NCBI RefSeq assembly: GCF_049075655.1 | Contig: NZ_CP157522.1 | Span: forward strand, 736,001-800,000 | Length of the DNA stretch: 64,000 nucleotides | Direction of reading: 5' to 3' | From: Methanothermococcus sp. Ax23 | GTDB taxonomy: Archaea > AGJL01 > Methanococci > Methanococcales > Methanococcaceae | In this document: positions 41,178 through 55,384 of the stretch, in pieces | Layout of the letters: the number at the start of each line of letters is the position of its first letter | Numbering within the stretch: position 1 is the stretch's first letter | Program-made: the position numbers and the translations under genes | The notes under the pieces: model-generated | Database searches by the model: none | Seen by the model: only the letters and a program-made list of their open reading frames with translations | What the model was told of the DNA's origin: nothing

Positions 41178-42682
41178 TTATGAATTCATCCACGATTCTA
41201 TATTTTTGCTCCATGGAATTTTTGAGAGTATAATGGATATCAAAAAGCCCAATCCTACAATGGATGCACCAATACCTAAATATTTCCATGAATATCCTCC
41301 ATAAGGGACCTTCAATAAGTTCATAATATCTAGTCCAATTATTAACAACAATAACAACGGTGTTAAAATCCCTGCAAATAATTTCCAGTATTTTCCTATT
41401 TTTATATCTGATAAATTATTTAGATGATTTAATAATTTATCTCCTTTAAATATCCACATGGCCATAATCGTTTCAGCACACCCCACAATTGGAAGCATAT
41501 ATCCTGCTGTGAAATGGTCTATAATATCAATCCAATAAATTCCAGCTTTTGTTGTATATATCAAACTTCCAAGAAGTCCCAAGCATGCTACAACTGAAAT
41601 AGCCTTTTTTCTACTTACGTCAAATTTGTCCATCACTGCGGCAGTCATAGCTTCTACAAGAGATATTGAAGATGAGAGTCCTGCTATTGTAAGTGCTAAG
41701 AAAAACACTATTGTTAGTTCCAATCCCATAAATGGCATTAAAGATAATGCCTTTGGAAACACAATAAATGCGAGACCTATGCTTTTATCTACGATTTCAT
41801 TTAATGGAGCTCCCGTGCTGTATGCCATATACCCTAATGTGCTGAAAACGGCAAACCCTGCTAAAAATGAATATCCACAGTTTAAAAAGGATATTGTAAA
41901 AGCACTGGTAGTTAAATCTACTTTTTTAGGCAGATAACTTGCATAGGCTATCATTATTCCAAACCCCAAACTTAACGAATAGAATATTTGGGAAAATGCA
42001 CTAATCCAAACACTTGGATATAACAAAGCGTTAAAGTTTGGGGTTAAATACCAATTTAAACCTTCCATGGCTCCGGGCAAGGTTATTCCCCTTATTACTA
42101 AAACTAACGTAAGAATAAATAATGCAGGCATGAATATTCGACTGGCTTTTTCAAGGCCATTTTTAACGCCCGATTTGATGATGGTGTAATTGATTAACCA
42201 TATTATTATCACAGAAATCAATATTCCCATGGAAAATCCTTTAAGACTTCCAGCGTTGGATGAAACTTGAAGTATTGTTCCAAAAAAATAATCTCCAAAA
42301 TCAGTGGGGAATCCATTTAATAATAGAATCCATTTAATAATAGATTGTATAAATAATACATGCACCATCCAATAATACTCATATAATAGGTTGTTATAGT
42401 AAATCCGGACATTACTGCAAACCATCCTATCCATTCACTTTTTTCATGCAGTCTTTTAAATGCAAGTGGTGCGGAGCCTTTTGTCGAATGTCCAAGGGCG
42501 AATTCGAGTAGCATTATAGATATTCCTACGCAGAATAATGCTACAAGATAAGGGATTAAAAATGCACCCCCTCCGTTGTTATATACTATGTATGGAAATC
42601 TCCATATATTGCCCAACCCCACAGCTGAACCAACTGTTGCCAGTATAAAGCCTATATTGGAACCCCACAGTTCTCTTGCCAT
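41178..42682 (-). pseudogene. Sodium-dependent (NSS family) transporter, frameshifted
   Basis: GSAVGLGNIWRFPY, QIFYSLSLGFG; split by a 17-bp tandem duplication at 42310-42343. Confidence 0.85.
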
Positions 42683-42698
42683 TATATCCCTTAATTAA

Positions 42699-43637
42699 TT
42701 AAATATTGGTAATTCCTTTTTCTTTAAGTCTATTTACTACATCATCCCATGATGGAAAATTAGTTTGACAGCCTTTTTTCTCTACAACAAAGGAAGCTAC
42801 GCAAGATGCAATAAGCCCACAATCTTTTAAATCATATCCTTTTAAATAGGCGGTTAAAAATCCTGCTCTGTAACTATCTCCTGCTCCTGTTGGGTCTATA
42901 ACATTCGTAGGAATTGCAGGAACTTTTATTTCATCACCATCATGGTAAATAATACTTCCATCTTTACCGTAGGTTATTATCAAGGTATTTATTTTTTCCA
43001 TGAGCTCCGCCGAATCTATATCCAATAACTTCAAAACTCTTTCATACTCATGGTTGTTCATAAACATGAAATCTAAATGGTTTATTATTGATTCCATATC
43101 CTCCTTACTATACAAAGGTAAATCCTGTCCAGGGTCAAAGGATACCAGAGTTCCACAATTTTTTGCCTTTTCCGCACATTTCACATTAAATTTTGGGTCT
43201 CCCGTTGCCAGATGAACAATATCTACATTAAAATTTGGAGGATTTAATTCTCCATAATGTTTAGCTGCTCCCCATAAAAAAAAGGTTATCTGGTTATTAT
43301 GGGGGTCTGTAAAAATCCATGCCTTTGGTGTTTCTTCTTCATCGGAGTGATATACATTGGATACATCAATATTTAAATTTTTTAAATAGCTGCTATATCC
43401 TGAGTTTATAAAATCATAACCTACGCATGAAACAATGCCTGATTTTAATCCTAATTTAGCCACTCCAACTGAAACATTGCAGGCGGCTCCTCCATAATAT
43501 TTTTTAGCAGAAGGTATCTGAACAGAGGTATTTGGTTCAGGGAAGCTTTTAACATTAAATATATAATCAAGTGCTATATGTCCCACAGAAATTATTTTTT
43601 TATTATTGGTTTCATTGGTATCCATATATTCACTCAT
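42699..43637 (-). CDS. PfkB-family nucleoside kinase
   Basis: [15 protein letters not shown]. Confidence 0.85.
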   Translation of the reverse strand: MSEYMDTNETNNKKIISVGHIALDYIFNVKSFPEPNTSVQIPSAKKYYGGAACNVSVGVAKLGLKSGIVSCVGYDFINSGYSSYLKNLNIDVSNVYHSDEEETPKAWIFTDPHNNQITFFLWGAAKHYGELNPPNFNVDIVHLATGDPKFNVKCAEKAKNCGTLVSFDPGQDLPLYSKEDMESIINHLDFMFMNNHEYERVLKLLDIDSAELMEKINTLIITYGKDGSIIYHDGDEIKVPAIPTNVIDPTGAGDSYRAGFLTAYLKGYDLKDCGLIASCVASFVVEKKGCQTNFPSWDDVVNRLKEKGITNI

Positions 43638-44358
43638 AATCATCACCTGCAATTTTAATGGCTTCACTTAGGTCTATAAGATTTTTATAAATTGCAGAGC
43701 CTACAACTACGCCTTCAACTCCTATTTCTTTTAATTTTAAAAGGTCATCGTAGGTAGTTATTCCCCCAGAGGCTATAATTGGTATATTGAGTGCATCTAC
43801 AAGCTCTTTAACAGGTTCAATATTTATGCCCTTTAAGAGACCTTCAACATCTACATTTGTAAATAAAATACTTCCAGCTCCTTTTTCTTCCAATATTTTT
43901 CCAATTTCAACAGGTGAGTATTCTGTTTTTTCTTTCCATCCTTTTATTACAACTTTTCCATCCTTTGCATCCAGAGCAACCATTATTTTTTCTTTTCCAA
44001 CCTTTTTTGATAATTCTTCTACAATATCGGGATTTTCAACTGCTGATGTTCCCAAAATAACTCGTTCTGCCCCAATATTTATAAGGTTCAACGCATCATC
44101 AACTGTCCTTATACCTCCGCCAATCTGAACAGGGACGGATACTGACTTTATGATTTCCTTTATTATTTCTTCGTTCGTATTTGTTTGATATATCGCTTTA
44201 TCTAAATCAACTAAATGAATCATCGGAGCTCCTTTACTTATCCATTTTTCTGCAATTTCTAATGGATTGTCGAGCTCTAAATGCTTTTTATCTGGGTTTC
44301 CCTGTATTAACTGAACACATTTTTTGTTTTTTATATCTACTGCTGGAATCACCATCAT
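43630..44358 (-). CDS. hisA: ProFAR isomerase
   Basis: IPAVD, HLVDLD, QIGGGIR, IIASGG. Confidence 0.93.
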   Translation of the reverse strand: MMVIPAVDIKNKKCVQLIQGNPDKKHLELDNPLEIAEKWISKGAPMIHLVDLDKAIYQTNTNEEIIKEIIKSVSVPVQIGGGIRTVDDALNLINIGAERVILGTSAVENPDIVEELSKKVGKEKIMVALDAKDGKVVIKGWKEKTEYSPVEIGKILEEKGAGSILFTNVDVEGLLKGINIEPVKELVDALNIPIIASGGITTYDDLLKLKEIGVEGVVVGSAIYKNLIDLSEAIKIAGDDYE

Positions 44359-44428
44359 TATTTCACCATGAAAATACTTTTTAAATAATTATATTATATA
44401 ATGATTTCGAAAATAAAATTAACTATAT

Positions 44429-45070
44429 TTACAACAATCCAGATGTATGTATTAATCCAAAAATCCCACTTGATATAATTTCAATGGAAATTGCACTTAA
44501 TATTAATCCCATAAGTCTTACTATTGCTTTTATCCCCGAAGTTTTTAGAATTGTGGCGATATTATCTGATAAATAAAGTATTACCGCAGATAGTAGCGCT
44601 GCTAATAATATTGAAAGGAGTATTGCTAATTTGTCATATATTGTAGTGCTATGCTCCATTAATATAATGCTCGTTGTAATGGTACCTGGACCTGCCAATA
44701 AAGGAATTGCTAGGGGCACTACTGCAATATCATCCAATTGCACCATTTCTTCTTTTTCCTTTGGAGTTTGCCTAGTTTTTGATATTTGGGCATGAAGCAT
44801 ATCCCACGATATTTTTAATATTAAAAGGCCCCCTGCAACCTTAAATGAATCTATTGTAATTCCAAAAAATTCAAATATCCATTTTCCAAAAAATCCAAAG
44901 GTTACCAATGTAAGTATGACCACAACCGCAGATTTTTTTAACAGCGTTATTTTCTCTTTCTCGGTATTGTTTGATGTCCAGATATAAAATAATGGCACAA
45001 GACCTATGGGGTTCATAATAATAAACAAAGAGGTAAATGCATAAATAAAGAAGCTAATGTTAAATTCCAT
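44429..45070 (-). CDS. MarC-family membrane protein
   Basis: IMNPIG, PLAIPLLAGPG. Confidence 0.88.
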   Translation of the reverse strand: MEFNISFFIYAFTSLFIIMNPIGLVPLFYIWTSNNTEKEKITLLKKSAVVVILTLVTFGFFGKWIFEFFGITIDSFKVAGGLLILKISWDMLHAQISKTRQTPKEKEEMVQLDDIAVVPLAIPLLAGPGTITTSIILMEHSTTIYDKLAILLSILLAALLSAVILYLSDNIATILKTSGIKAIVRLMGLILSAISIEIISSGIFGLIHTSGLL

Positions 45071-45105
45071 TCTTTCACCATTTCCATTAGGAAATTTACT
45101 ATAAC

Positions 45106-46824
45106 TTAGAAATATCTTGCCCTTTTTTCAACATCTTCCATATGCTTTATCACAGTTTTCCACTGAGAATATGTTTTATATCCTTCTAAGATTTTAACCC
45201 ATATGTCCTCAAATCTATCAAAATGAATGCTCAGAATGGATTTTTTTAATACAATCAAATCCACAGCCTTATCTTCTATAAGATTTGAGAATTTTCCAAG
45301 CCCAAAATCTATAATATAGACTTTATTATTTTTGTTAATTTTTTTATCTTTCTTATTATTTTGATTATTTTGATTATATTCTGCATACCCTTGAATATAC
45401 ACCTTATCATTGTTATTATTTTTAGCATCGTAATCCTCCCCTACTATAAAATTTGATGTTGTGAGGTCGTTATGTATTATGTCGTTTTCATGGAGTTTTC
45501 CAATAATTACCCCCATGTCATAGCAACAGTTTAGATTTCCATTTTCTATTTCTTCTTTTGCAAGTTTTCCATCTATGTAGCTCATAGTTATAATATTATT
45601 TTCCTTATCTATATCAAATATATAGGGAGCACAAATATTAAAATCTTTAACAAGTGCTAAAAATTTAGCTTCTTTAATAGTTCTTCTATTTCTAATTGAT
45701 TCATCGAGCTCCTTTATTCTATAATTTTTTATTATCCTTTCCTTTGTAATGGATTCCCATCCTAAATATGATGTTTTTTTAATATCTGCTTCGGCACCCT
45801 TCCCAATTAAATGCTCAGGTATCCTTCTTTTCTCACAAGTGCCGTTTTCAATCCAATTTACTTCTACCATATCACTCCTGTAATTTGGAATTGGTTTTGT
45901 TTCATCAATATTCATTTTTTTTCCATTTTTATACATTAAAAGTCCGAGCCATGCTATCATTGCCCCATTATCTCCGCAGAACTGTTTTTCAGGCACGTAA
46001 AACTTTACATTCTGTTCCTTACACATAATATTTAACATTTCCCTCAGTCGATTGTTTGCGGCAACACCGCCTACAAGCATAACCTCAGGTTTGTTTGTAT
46101 GTGCGAGAGCTCTCTCGGTAATTTCTGTTATCATGGAAAAGGCAGTTTCTTGGATGGAATAACATACATCTTCCAGTTTTTCTCCAGCATTGTATTTCTT
46201 TATTGCAGATGTAAGAAGCCCTGAAAATGTAATGTCCATACCTTTAACGCTGTATGGCAGGTTTATTAATTTTTTTCCTTCTTTTGCATGTTTTTCGACA
46301 TAAACACCCCCAGGATGTGGAAGACCGCAGTTTCTTGCAAACTGGTCTAAACAATTTCCTATTGCAATATCGAGAGTTTCTCCAAAAACCCTATATCTTC
46401 CACAGGTATATCCTAATACCTGAGTATTTCCTCCACTTACATACAAAGTCAGCGGGTCTTTTGCCCCAGTGGTTAGCTTTCCAATCTCCACATGGCCTAT
46501 GCAGTGATTTACTCCAATAATCGGCTTTTTTAGTGATAGGGATAGAGCTCTTGCAGCAGTTGCAGTAACTCTCAAACTTGGACCTAATCCAGGACCTTGG
46601 GAAAATGATATTAAATCTATTTTCTCTTTTGGAATTATATTAAATGCTTCTTTTATTAATTTTGGAAAAGTCTCTGCATGATGGTCTGCCGCCTCCCGTG
46701 GGTTTATGCCTTGAACAGGTGGTTTGTATATTATGGTTTTGTTAAATAAAACATTTCCATCTGAATCTACAACCCCAACACCTGTTTTTTCCGCTGTTCC
46801 TTCCAGACCTAAGCAAATCATCAT
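45106..46824 (-). CDS. kae1: Kae1-Bud32 fusion (KEOPS, t6A biosynthesis)
   Basis: [22 protein letters not shown]; kinase HNDLTTSN and IDFGL. Confidence 0.93.
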   Translation of the reverse strand: MMICLGLEGTAEKTGVGVVDSDGNVLFNKTIIYKPPVQGINPREAADHHAETFPKLIKEAFNIIPKEKIDLISFSQGPGLGPSLRVTATAARALSLSLKKPIIGVNHCIGHVEIGKLTTGAKDPLTLYVSGGNTQVLGYTCGRYRVFGETLDIAIGNCLDQFARNCGLPHPGGVYVEKHAKEGKKLINLPYSVKGMDITFSGLLTSAIKKYNAGEKLEDVCYSIQETAFSMITEITERALAHTNKPEVMLVGGVAANNRLREMLNIMCKEQNVKFYVPEKQFCGDNGAMIAWLGLLMYKNGKKMNIDETKPIPNYRSDMVEVNWIENGTCEKRRIPEHLIGKGAEADIKKTSYLGWESITKERIIKNYRIKELDESIRNRRTIKEAKFLALVKDFNICAPYIFDIDKENNIITMSYIDGKLAKEEIENGNLNCCYDMGVIIGKLHENDIIHNDLTTSNFIVGEDYDAKNNNNDKVYIQGYAEYNQNNQNNKKDKKINKNNKVYIIDFGLGKFSNLIEDKAVDLIVLKKSILSIHFDRFEDIWVKILEGYKTYSQWKTVIKHMEDVEKRARYF

Positions 46825-46970
46825 CTCACCAAAAAATTATAAAATTATAAAATTATAATTGCAGTAAAATTATATATTTCATGCATTGCATTTATGATAT
46901 ACCATTTATGTAATAAATATAATATGTTATTAGTTGTAAAGTATATATATTAATTCAAATAATATATTAA

Positions 46971-48470
<1,500 letters not shown>

Positions 48471-48525
48471 TTAAAATAATAATTTCTTTTTTTTAAACTC
48501 TAAATCTTATTTAAGAGATTCTTTT

Positions 48526-48726
48526 TTATTTTTTATCTTCATAAATAAAAATATCCTCAATTTTAACATTAAAAAATTTTGCAATTTTAAACGCCAATTT
48601 TAAGGATGGGTCGTATCTTCCCTTTTCTATTGATATAATGGTCTGCCTACTAACGCCTAATTTTTTTGCCAAATCATCCTGTGTTAAATCATACATTGCC
48701 CTATAAACTTTAATTTTGTTTTTCAT
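48526..48726 (-). CDS. Xre-family HTH regulator
   Basis: LTQDDLAKKLGVSRQTIISIEKG. Confidence 0.9.
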   Translation of the reverse strand: MKNKIKVYRAMYDLTQDDLAKKLGVSRQTIISIEKGRYDPSLKLAFKIAKFFNVKIEDIFIYEDKK

Positions 48727-48730
48727 AGTA

Positions 48731-49315
48731 TCAACTATATTTTTTGATATAATGAGCATAATACACATAATATGTTGCAAGGGCATACATCATCAATAAT
48801 CCAATGGAATTTCCAGAAATTATCATTTCTCCATATAGTGCGATATACTTAGCCAATATACTATAAAGCGTAATAGTTGCTAAAAACATTATAATTGATT
48901 TAAATGCACTATATCCACTATTTTTTAGTATTTCCATTTTTAACTCGTCGATTTTTTCATTGGGATTTTCTTTTAACATAGGGGTTATTGATACTATTAT
49001 AGTCGTGCAAACAATTGCGGAAAATATAAACTGTATGGTCTCGGAGCTCAGGGCAAATATATATAAAATCCCCATTACTGCACCATAGATAAATGGAATA
49101 TAAACTTCATAAGGATTGTAAAATTCCCCAAATTTCTCCCTGAGCTCACCTTTTTTAATCATTGCAATTAAATACATTATAAAATATGCTAAAATGCCAA
49201 TTATTGAGCCAGAAACTGATAAATCTGGATTATTATTTGAAATATATGCAAATATAAAAAATCCAAACATCATGGATGCAACAAATCCCAATGTAAGTTT
49301 TAAACTTTTGCCCAT
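48731..49315 (-). CDS. Membrane protein (DUF2178-like)
   Basis: TM helices; DE-x7-S motif; upstream of the Xre gene. Confidence 0.6.
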   Translation of the reverse strand: MGKSLKLTLGFVASMMFGFFIFAYISNNNPDLSVSGSIIGILAYFIMYLIAMIKKGELREKFGEFYNPYEVYIPFIYGAVMGILYIFALSSETIQFIFSAIVCTTIIVSITPMLKENPNEKIDELKMEILKNSGYSAFKSIIMFLATITLYSILAKYIALYGEMIISGNSIGLLMMYALATYYVYYAHYIKKYS

Positions 49316-49327
49316 ATTCCCACCGAT

Positions 49328-49882
49328 TTAAGATAAATATTTTTTAAATAAATAATTCCTAAACATTGCAAAATTAAATGCAGTTAATAACATGATTTCC
49401 ACAGTATAATTCATAACATTAACACTGTATGTAATTTTATTGGAGTATAATATAAATAAAAATACATAAACAGTTATCATTAAGATAATGGCAGATATAA
49501 ATGCAAAATGTCCAGATTTTTCTGCAATATGTTCCATAAATTCATCCTCAACATAGGGATACTTTGGAGCATACTTTGAAAAATAAAGCACACCTAAAAC
49601 CACCAAAATACACAGAACCGCCATTATTGTAGTATGAATGTCCATAGAGTTATACACTACATCAAAAACTACCAAACAACCTTCTATAAATCCAATACTT
49701 GCCAATACTGTCAATTTGTATATTTTCTCGGTTTTACCCTCACCAGTTCCTAAAAACCATATCATAAATATTGCAAATAGTGGAATTAAGCACAATCTCC
49801 ACTCATTTAATAGCAATGATAAAATACCAACCGCTAAAATGTCAATTGCAATTATTAGTTTTAATTTATTTTTTATATCCAT
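49328..49882 (-). CDS. Membrane protein (DUF2178-like)
   Basis: TM helices; EDEFMEHIAEKSG. Confidence 0.6.
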   Translation of the reverse strand: MDIKNKLKLIIAIDILAVGILSLLLNEWRLCLIPLFAIFMIWFLGTGEGKTEKIYKLTVLASIGFIEGCLVVFDVVYNSMDIHTTIMAVLCILVVLGVLYFSKYAPKYPYVEDEFMEHIAEKSGHFAFISAIILMITVYVFLFILYSNKITYSVNVMNYTVEIMLLTAFNFAMFRNYLFKKYLS

Positions 49883-50009
49883 AATCTCAACTTTATATAT
49901 CATTATAAATTATGATAATAATGTTTTACTTTATGTTAAATATACTTTACATAATGGTATATAAATTTTACTTTCATTAGTATAAAAATAAAAAAATTAA
50001 AAATAAAAA

Positions 50010-50702
50010 TTAATAAAATTCATCCCCGTAATAATCATAATAATATTCCTTAACAATCCACAACTTATTTTTATATTTCTTTGAGAGCTTCAAAGTTTTT
50101 TCAGCTAAGTCCTTATTTTTTCTCTCAAATATTTCTAAAACTATCATTTCCACAATATCGATGGTATCTTTATCATCTGCTTCTAAATACTCAGAAGCTC
50201 CAACTTCATTTAGGAGCTCCAACAATTCATCATCCTTGGAATTTTTTAAAAATTGATTTCTTAAAAAGGACTTAAAGGTAAATATATTTTTCTTTTCAAT
50301 AGGAATAAGTTTTAAAATGGATTTTCCCTTTTCCACAAGATTGTTTTTATTTTGGGTGAGCTCATCCCATAAATTGTATTTTAAAATTATATTTTTTAAA
50401 ACATTTAATATGTCGTCCTTTGATTTATTTTTTAAATTATTGAATAATTCATCCCCGTCAATGTAATTATTGTTATTGTATGCTTCAATTAATGCATAGG
50501 AGTGCTTACAGTTATATTTATAAGGGCAAGAGCATAATCCAGTCCAATCATTCAAATCTACAACTGTATTATATTCATCTCCGCCCATTACCTTACCATA
50601 TAATTTATTTTCAAATCTTACGCAAAATTTAACTAAATTATTTTTATAATAATCCTTTCCTCTTTCTATAATCTTTTTATCGTATATGCTTTCATAATCC
50701 AT
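50010..50702 (-). CDS. SWIM zinc-finger protein
   Basis: RGKDY, CSCP...CKH. Confidence 0.8.
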   Translation of the reverse strand: MDYESIYDKKIIERGKDYYKNNLVKFCVRFENKLYGKVMGGDEYNTVVDLNDWTGLCSCPYKYNCKHSYALIEAYNNNNYIDGDELFNNLKNKSKDDILNVLKNIILKYNLWDELTQNKNNLVEKGKSILKLIPIEKKNIFTFKSFLRNQFLKNSKDDELLELLNEVGASEYLEADDKDTIDIVEMIVLEIFERKNKDLAEKTLKLSKKYKNKLWIVKEYYYDYYGDEFY

Positions 50703-50771
50703 AAATATCCCATTACTACATAAATAATTTATATCGACATATATTAAAATCATTAAAAAAAGGTTATTGTT

Positions 50772-51059
50772 ATGAAACCCATCCTTGTAATATTGGGCAT
50801 GTTCTTAATTACTATCGGGTTGTTTGTGCTGACTCTTGGAATGATATATCCCAGCAAATCCAGTGAAAACAATCAGCAGGATGAATATAATGAATACAAT
50901 GAAAAACAGGATGTAGGGTTTTCGGGCGTTGTAATGATAGGTCCTATTCCAATAGTGTTTGGAAATTCTCCATCATTGGCAATATTATCTGTTTTAATTG
51001 CCATAGCAATGATGATTTGGATGTTTCTATTTTACAGCAATATTATAATTAATAAATAA
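50772..51059 (+). CDS. DUF131-family membrane protein
   Basis: GVVMIGPIPIVFG. Confidence 0.8.
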   Translation: MKPILVILGMFLITIGLFVLTLGMIYPSKSSENNQQDEYNEYNEKQDVGFSGVVMIGPIPIVFGNSPSLAILSVLIAIAMMIWMFLFYSNIIINK

Positions 51060-51084
51060 AAAGAAGGATGATGTAAAATATTTT

Positions 51085-51948
51085 TTATTCATAAACCTTT
51101 GTTCCCATAACTTTTCTTATTTTCTTAAACTCTTCACTTAATTTTTTTGTAATCTCTCCCAGTTCTCCGTGGTTTATAACTCTTCCATCTATTTCAACAA
51201 CAGGCACGAGCTCAGCAGCAGTTCCTGTAATGAATAACTCATCTGCAACATAGAGCTCATGTAGTGTGAGCCTCTCCTCCACAATTGGTATATCCAATTC
51301 TTTTGCCAATTCGATTACAGTATCTCTTGTAATTCCTCTCAAAACACTTGAAGATACTGGTGGGGTCTTTATAATGCCGTTTTTAACTACAAATATATTG
51401 TCCCCAGTTCCTTCTGCAACATATCCTTCGCTATCCAATAAGAATGCCTCATGAACTCCCGCATAATTTGCCTGGATTTTTGCTAAAATACTGTTTAAGT
51501 AGTTTAATGACTTCACAGCAGGGTTTAAAACATCAACAGGCAATCTTCTAACTGATGAAGTAATTACTTTTATTCCATCCTCTCCAAGCAATGGGTTCAT
51601 AGGTTCTGCAATACAGAATATTGTTGGTTTTGGACATTTTCTCGGGTCAAGCCCCAAATCTCCAACTCCTCTTGTAATTACGAGCCTTATATATGCATCC
51701 TTTAAATTGTTTATTTTAACAGTATCAACAACAACCTTTTCCATCTCTTCCTTTGTCATAGGTATTTCCAAAGTAATGGATTTTGCAGAGTCGTATAATC
51801 TGTCGATATGCTCCTTTAATTTAAAAACAACGCCATCATAAGCCCTTATACCTTCAAATATTCCATCACCGTATAAAAGACCGTGGTCATAAACTGAAAT
51901 CTTTGCGTCCTCCTTTTCAACAAATTCGCCGTTTAAATATATCTTCAT
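51085..51948 (-). CDS. ilvE: Branched-chain amino acid aminotransferase
   Basis: [27 protein letters not shown]. Confidence 0.95.
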   Translation of the reverse strand: MKIYLNGEFVEKEDAKISVYDHGLLYGDGIFEGIRAYDGVVFKLKEHIDRLYDSAKSITLEIPMTKEEMEKVVVDTVKINNLKDAYIRLVITRGVGDLGLDPRKCPKPTIFCIAEPMNPLLGEDGIKVITSSVRRLPVDVLNPAVKSLNYLNSILAKIQANYAGVHEAFLLDSEGYVAEGTGDNIFVVKNGIIKTPPVSSSVLRGITRDTVIELAKELDIPIVEERLTLHELYVADELFITGTAAELVPVVEIDGRVINHGELGEITKKLSEEFKKIRKVMGTKVYE

Positions 51949-52046
51949 GAATTCACCTCATAATAGCATAAATTTTTATTTTAAAAATATTTAAATTATT
52001 TAGATATAAATGTTTCCAATTTATCAGATTATATATTTGAATATAA

Positions 52047-53185
52047 CTATTCAGCGGATTCTCCAACTCCAACAAATAATCGATTTCCTCCGCACCTTCC
52101 CTTCCCTGTGGAATATAATGATATGTTATTGTTTCTCGCATATTCTTCAACTTTTTTTCTCCCGCTGTCAGCTGTTTTTTCTCCAAATGATATTATTACA
52201 ACAACATCATCTATCTTTTTAGAGCCAATTATTGGCTGTTTTATCTTCATACTCGACAATTCACTTATATCACTTAAATGAGATATTACGCTGTTTGCAT
52301 CATCAATAAATGGGAAATCTTCTAGATATTTTGCAATAAATCCTATATCTTTCCCCTCTTCTGACCGTATTTTTTTACCTTCACAGGATAGTAGTTAAGT
52401 TTTCCATCTTGATAGTCTTTTATTATGGATTTTGCTGTTCGTTTCATATCGATTATTCCGTTTTTCCCTAAGTAATTTAATTTTTTACCTATTTTTTCTA
52501 TAAACTCTTCATTTATGTCTTCTATATTATTTATCTCGATATTATAGTAATTTTTAACAATATTCTCATCAAATGCATATAGGTTTTTCAGTATCTTTAT
52601 AGCAGGTTCAACAGGATTTTCGATTTTTTCATACCTAAGAGCTCCTATCATCACCAGTTCATCCTCATCCTTAGGTTCAATTACTCCCGGTGTATCGAGT
52701 AATTTTATATTTTTTGTTAGCTTTATCCATTGTTCTCCCTTTGTAAGTCCAGCAACAAGCCCACTAGCCGCACTTTTCTTTCCAGTTAGGGCATTTATTA
52801 GAGATGATTTCCCAACATTTGGATAGCCTACAACTCCAACTTTTCCCTCCTTAATGCCCTTTAATTGAAGGTATTTTTTAATATCGTCCCTCAATATCTT
52901 TGTTCCCTTTTTATGTTTAGAGCTCACAAAAACCACAGATGCCTCTGGATTTTCACTTTTAATTATCTCCTTCCATCTTTCAAGTATTTTTACAGGGACT
53001 AAATCCGCTTTATTTAACACATAAATTAGTTTTTTATTTGATTCTTTTATTTTATCTTCTAAATTTTTATTTCTCGTGCCTTCTGGATTTCTCGCATCTA
53101 ATACTGCTAAAATAATATGGCACTCGTTTATAATTTTGTGTGCTATCTTTTTTGCAGGAACTCTTTTAATTTTCTTACCGCTCAT
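52047..53185 (-). CDS. Circularly permuted GTPase (YlqF/RbgA family), frameshifted near 52350
   Basis: DARNP, NKADL, GYPNVGKSS, DTPG; C-terminus continues in the frame of ORF 52047-52259. Confidence 0.8.
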
Positions 53186-53271
53186 AAAATCACCATAAAA
53201 TAGAATTTTAAATTAATATTAACAAGTAAATAATATTGCACTAAAATAGATTAAAATATAAAATAGCACGA

Positions 53272-53694
53272 TTAATTTTTCACATCGTTTATCTCTTCTT
53301 CTTCATCTTCATCAATAATCTTTCCATTCTTTGTTTTTGGTGCAATATCTTTTATTAGTTTCATTAAATCCTCATCTTCCTCAGCTATTAATTTTACAAA
53401 TATTCCACCGTGTATGTCTTTATCAAAATTAACAAGACCCGCAAAAGCCGCCTGTTTGTTTATGTTGAATTTTGTAGAGTTTCCTACAATTCCCTTTTCA
53501 AGAACCATCCTTGCAGTGTCCAATATTGCCTGACTTCGTAGGAGCTCCTTAAATCTACTTATATCCTCAGCTTCTCCAATTAGCTGATTATCTTCTACAA
53601 CAACTTTTGCATCCTTAAATATGTTTTTCACTGCTTTTATAACTTTTTCCTCGTCTTCTGTTGGTTTAATTCTAGATTTTAATTTGATTATCAT
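53272..53694 (-). CDS. UPF0201/DUF54 RNA-binding-like protein
   Basis: PTEDEEKV, ILDTAR, NKQAA. Confidence 0.8.
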   Translation of the reverse strand: MIIKLKSRIKPTEDEEKVIKAVKNIFKDAKVVVEDNQLIGEAEDISRFKELLRSQAILDTARMVLEKGIVGNSTKFNINKQAAFAGLVNFDKDIHGGIFVKLIAEEDEDLMKLIKDIAPKTKNGKIIDEDEEEEINDVKN

Positions 53695-53703
53695 AATATC
53701 CCT

Positions 53704-54828
53704 TTAAAAAATGTTTTCCATTATTTCCAATGCTTTTTCTATATCCTCGTATTTTGTAGCATATGAAAATCTAATATTATATTTACCGCCATCACCAAAT
53801 GCAACACCTGGCACACATAATATTTTATTCTCTATTAGTTTTTGGGCAACTTCCATTCCATCCCCATATTCCTCAACATTTGGAAATACATAAAATGCAC
53901 CATCAGGAGTAGTTAATTTAAATAATTTTTTCAATCCTTTAACTATTAAATCCCTTCTTCTTCTAAATTCTTTAACCATTTCATAAACACAGCTTTGGTC
54001 TCCATTTAATGCCTCCAATGCTCCATATTGAGCAAAAGATGTTGCACAGGCAAATCCATACTGGTGTATTTTTATCATATTGTCTATTAAATCATATTCA
54101 TTGTTTAAATTATCATTAACTGCCAAATATCCGATTCTCCAACCAGTCATGGCGTATGCCTTTGAAAATCCGTTTATTAATATGCAGTTATCTGTAAATT
54201 CCATAGGTGAATAATGTTTTTTATCGTAAATTATTTTTTCATAGATTTCATCGGATATTATAATAATATTATTATCCTCTGCTATATCACATATTGCCTT
54301 TATTTCGCTTTTGTCCATTACCTTTCCAGTTGGATTTGCAGGGGAATTTAATATAATACATTTTGTTTTATCTGTAATGCAGGTTTTTATCTCTTCAATA
54401 TCTATATTAAACTCTTCATCAAGTTTCATAGAAACAGGTTTAGCCTCGCACAATTGGGTTAAGCTCTTATAGGATACAAATCCCGGGTCAGATATTAAAA
54501 CCTCCTCTCCCTTATTAACTATTGCCATTAAGGACAGCATTAACGCCTCAGAAGCTCCGCAGGTTGTGATAATATTATCTGGACCAATATCAAGGTTATT
54601 GTCATTTTTTAATTTATTGCTTATGCTTTCCCTGAGCTCCGGTATTCCACTATTTGGTGTGTAGTGTGTTTTTCCCTCATCAAGTGCCTTTTTTGCGGCA
54701 TCTATTATATGTTGGGGAGTGTCAAAATCTGGCTCCCCTATGCCCAAATTTATAGAATCCTTTGTAGCCATGTTGAATATTTTCCTTATTTCCGAAGGTT
54801 CTATGTTTTTGCATCTGTTGGAAATCAT
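53704..54828 (-). CDS. aspC: Class I PLP aminotransferase (aspartate aminotransferase-like)
   Basis: GEPDF, NPTG, SDEIY, SKAYAMTGWRIG. Confidence 0.8.
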   Translation of the reverse strand: MISNRCKNIEPSEIRKIFNMATKDSINLGIGEPDFDTPQHIIDAAKKALDEGKTHYTPNSGIPELRESISNKLKNDNNLDIGPDNIITTCGASEALMLSLMAIVNKGEEVLISDPGFVSYKSLTQLCEAKPVSMKLDEEFNIDIEEIKTCITDKTKCIILNSPANPTGKVMDKSEIKAICDIAEDNNIIIISDEIYEKIIYDKKHYSPMEFTDNCILINGFSKAYAMTGWRIGYLAVNDNLNNEYDLIDNMIKIHQYGFACATSFAQYGALEALNGDQSCVYEMVKEFRRRRDLIVKGLKKLFKLTTPDGAFYVFPNVEEYGDGMEVAQKLIENKILCVPGVAFGDGGKYNIRFSYATKYEDIEKALEIMENIF

Positions 54829-54941
54829 AATATCACCATATATTTTTACATATAGTCAATGATTTTTCATTCTTTAATAATCATATTTACTCAAATAATG
54901 TATATATTCTGTTGAAAAGTTTATATATAGAACATTACATA

Positions 54942-55200
54942 TCATACCATCGGTGATATAATAAATATTTTACATTCAGAACAAATATATAATCCACTAT
55001 ACTTCCTATTATTCTTTCTAACTATTCCACAATTGCTACACTTTTGAGAAGTATAGCTTTCCTCTGTAAGTATCACTTTAATACCGTATTCTTCTGCTTT
55101 GTAGGTAATGTATTTGTAAGCAAACCGCGAATCCAGTAGCGGGTAGGAGGGTGCGGGTCTCACCCATTAGGTAGTTTCTACCTATAAAGCAGATGATGTC
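54942..55200 (-). mobile_element. IS200/IS605 tnpB remnant
   Basis: ITYKAEEYGIKVILTEESYTSQKCSNCG...YICSEC (RuvC-II/zinc-ribbon fragment). Confidence 0.7.
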
Positions 55201-55384
55201 CGATTATCTCTTATGATAATGTATGAGATAATTTGGATATCATTTGCATGACCTACTAACATAGAATAAAAACATATTTCTAAAATAAAAAAATAAAAAT
55301 AAATTAATATTCTTTTATTTCCATTAAGAGTTTAATAATATTTATATATTCAATTTTTATCATTTTTATACATAATATCTCTTT

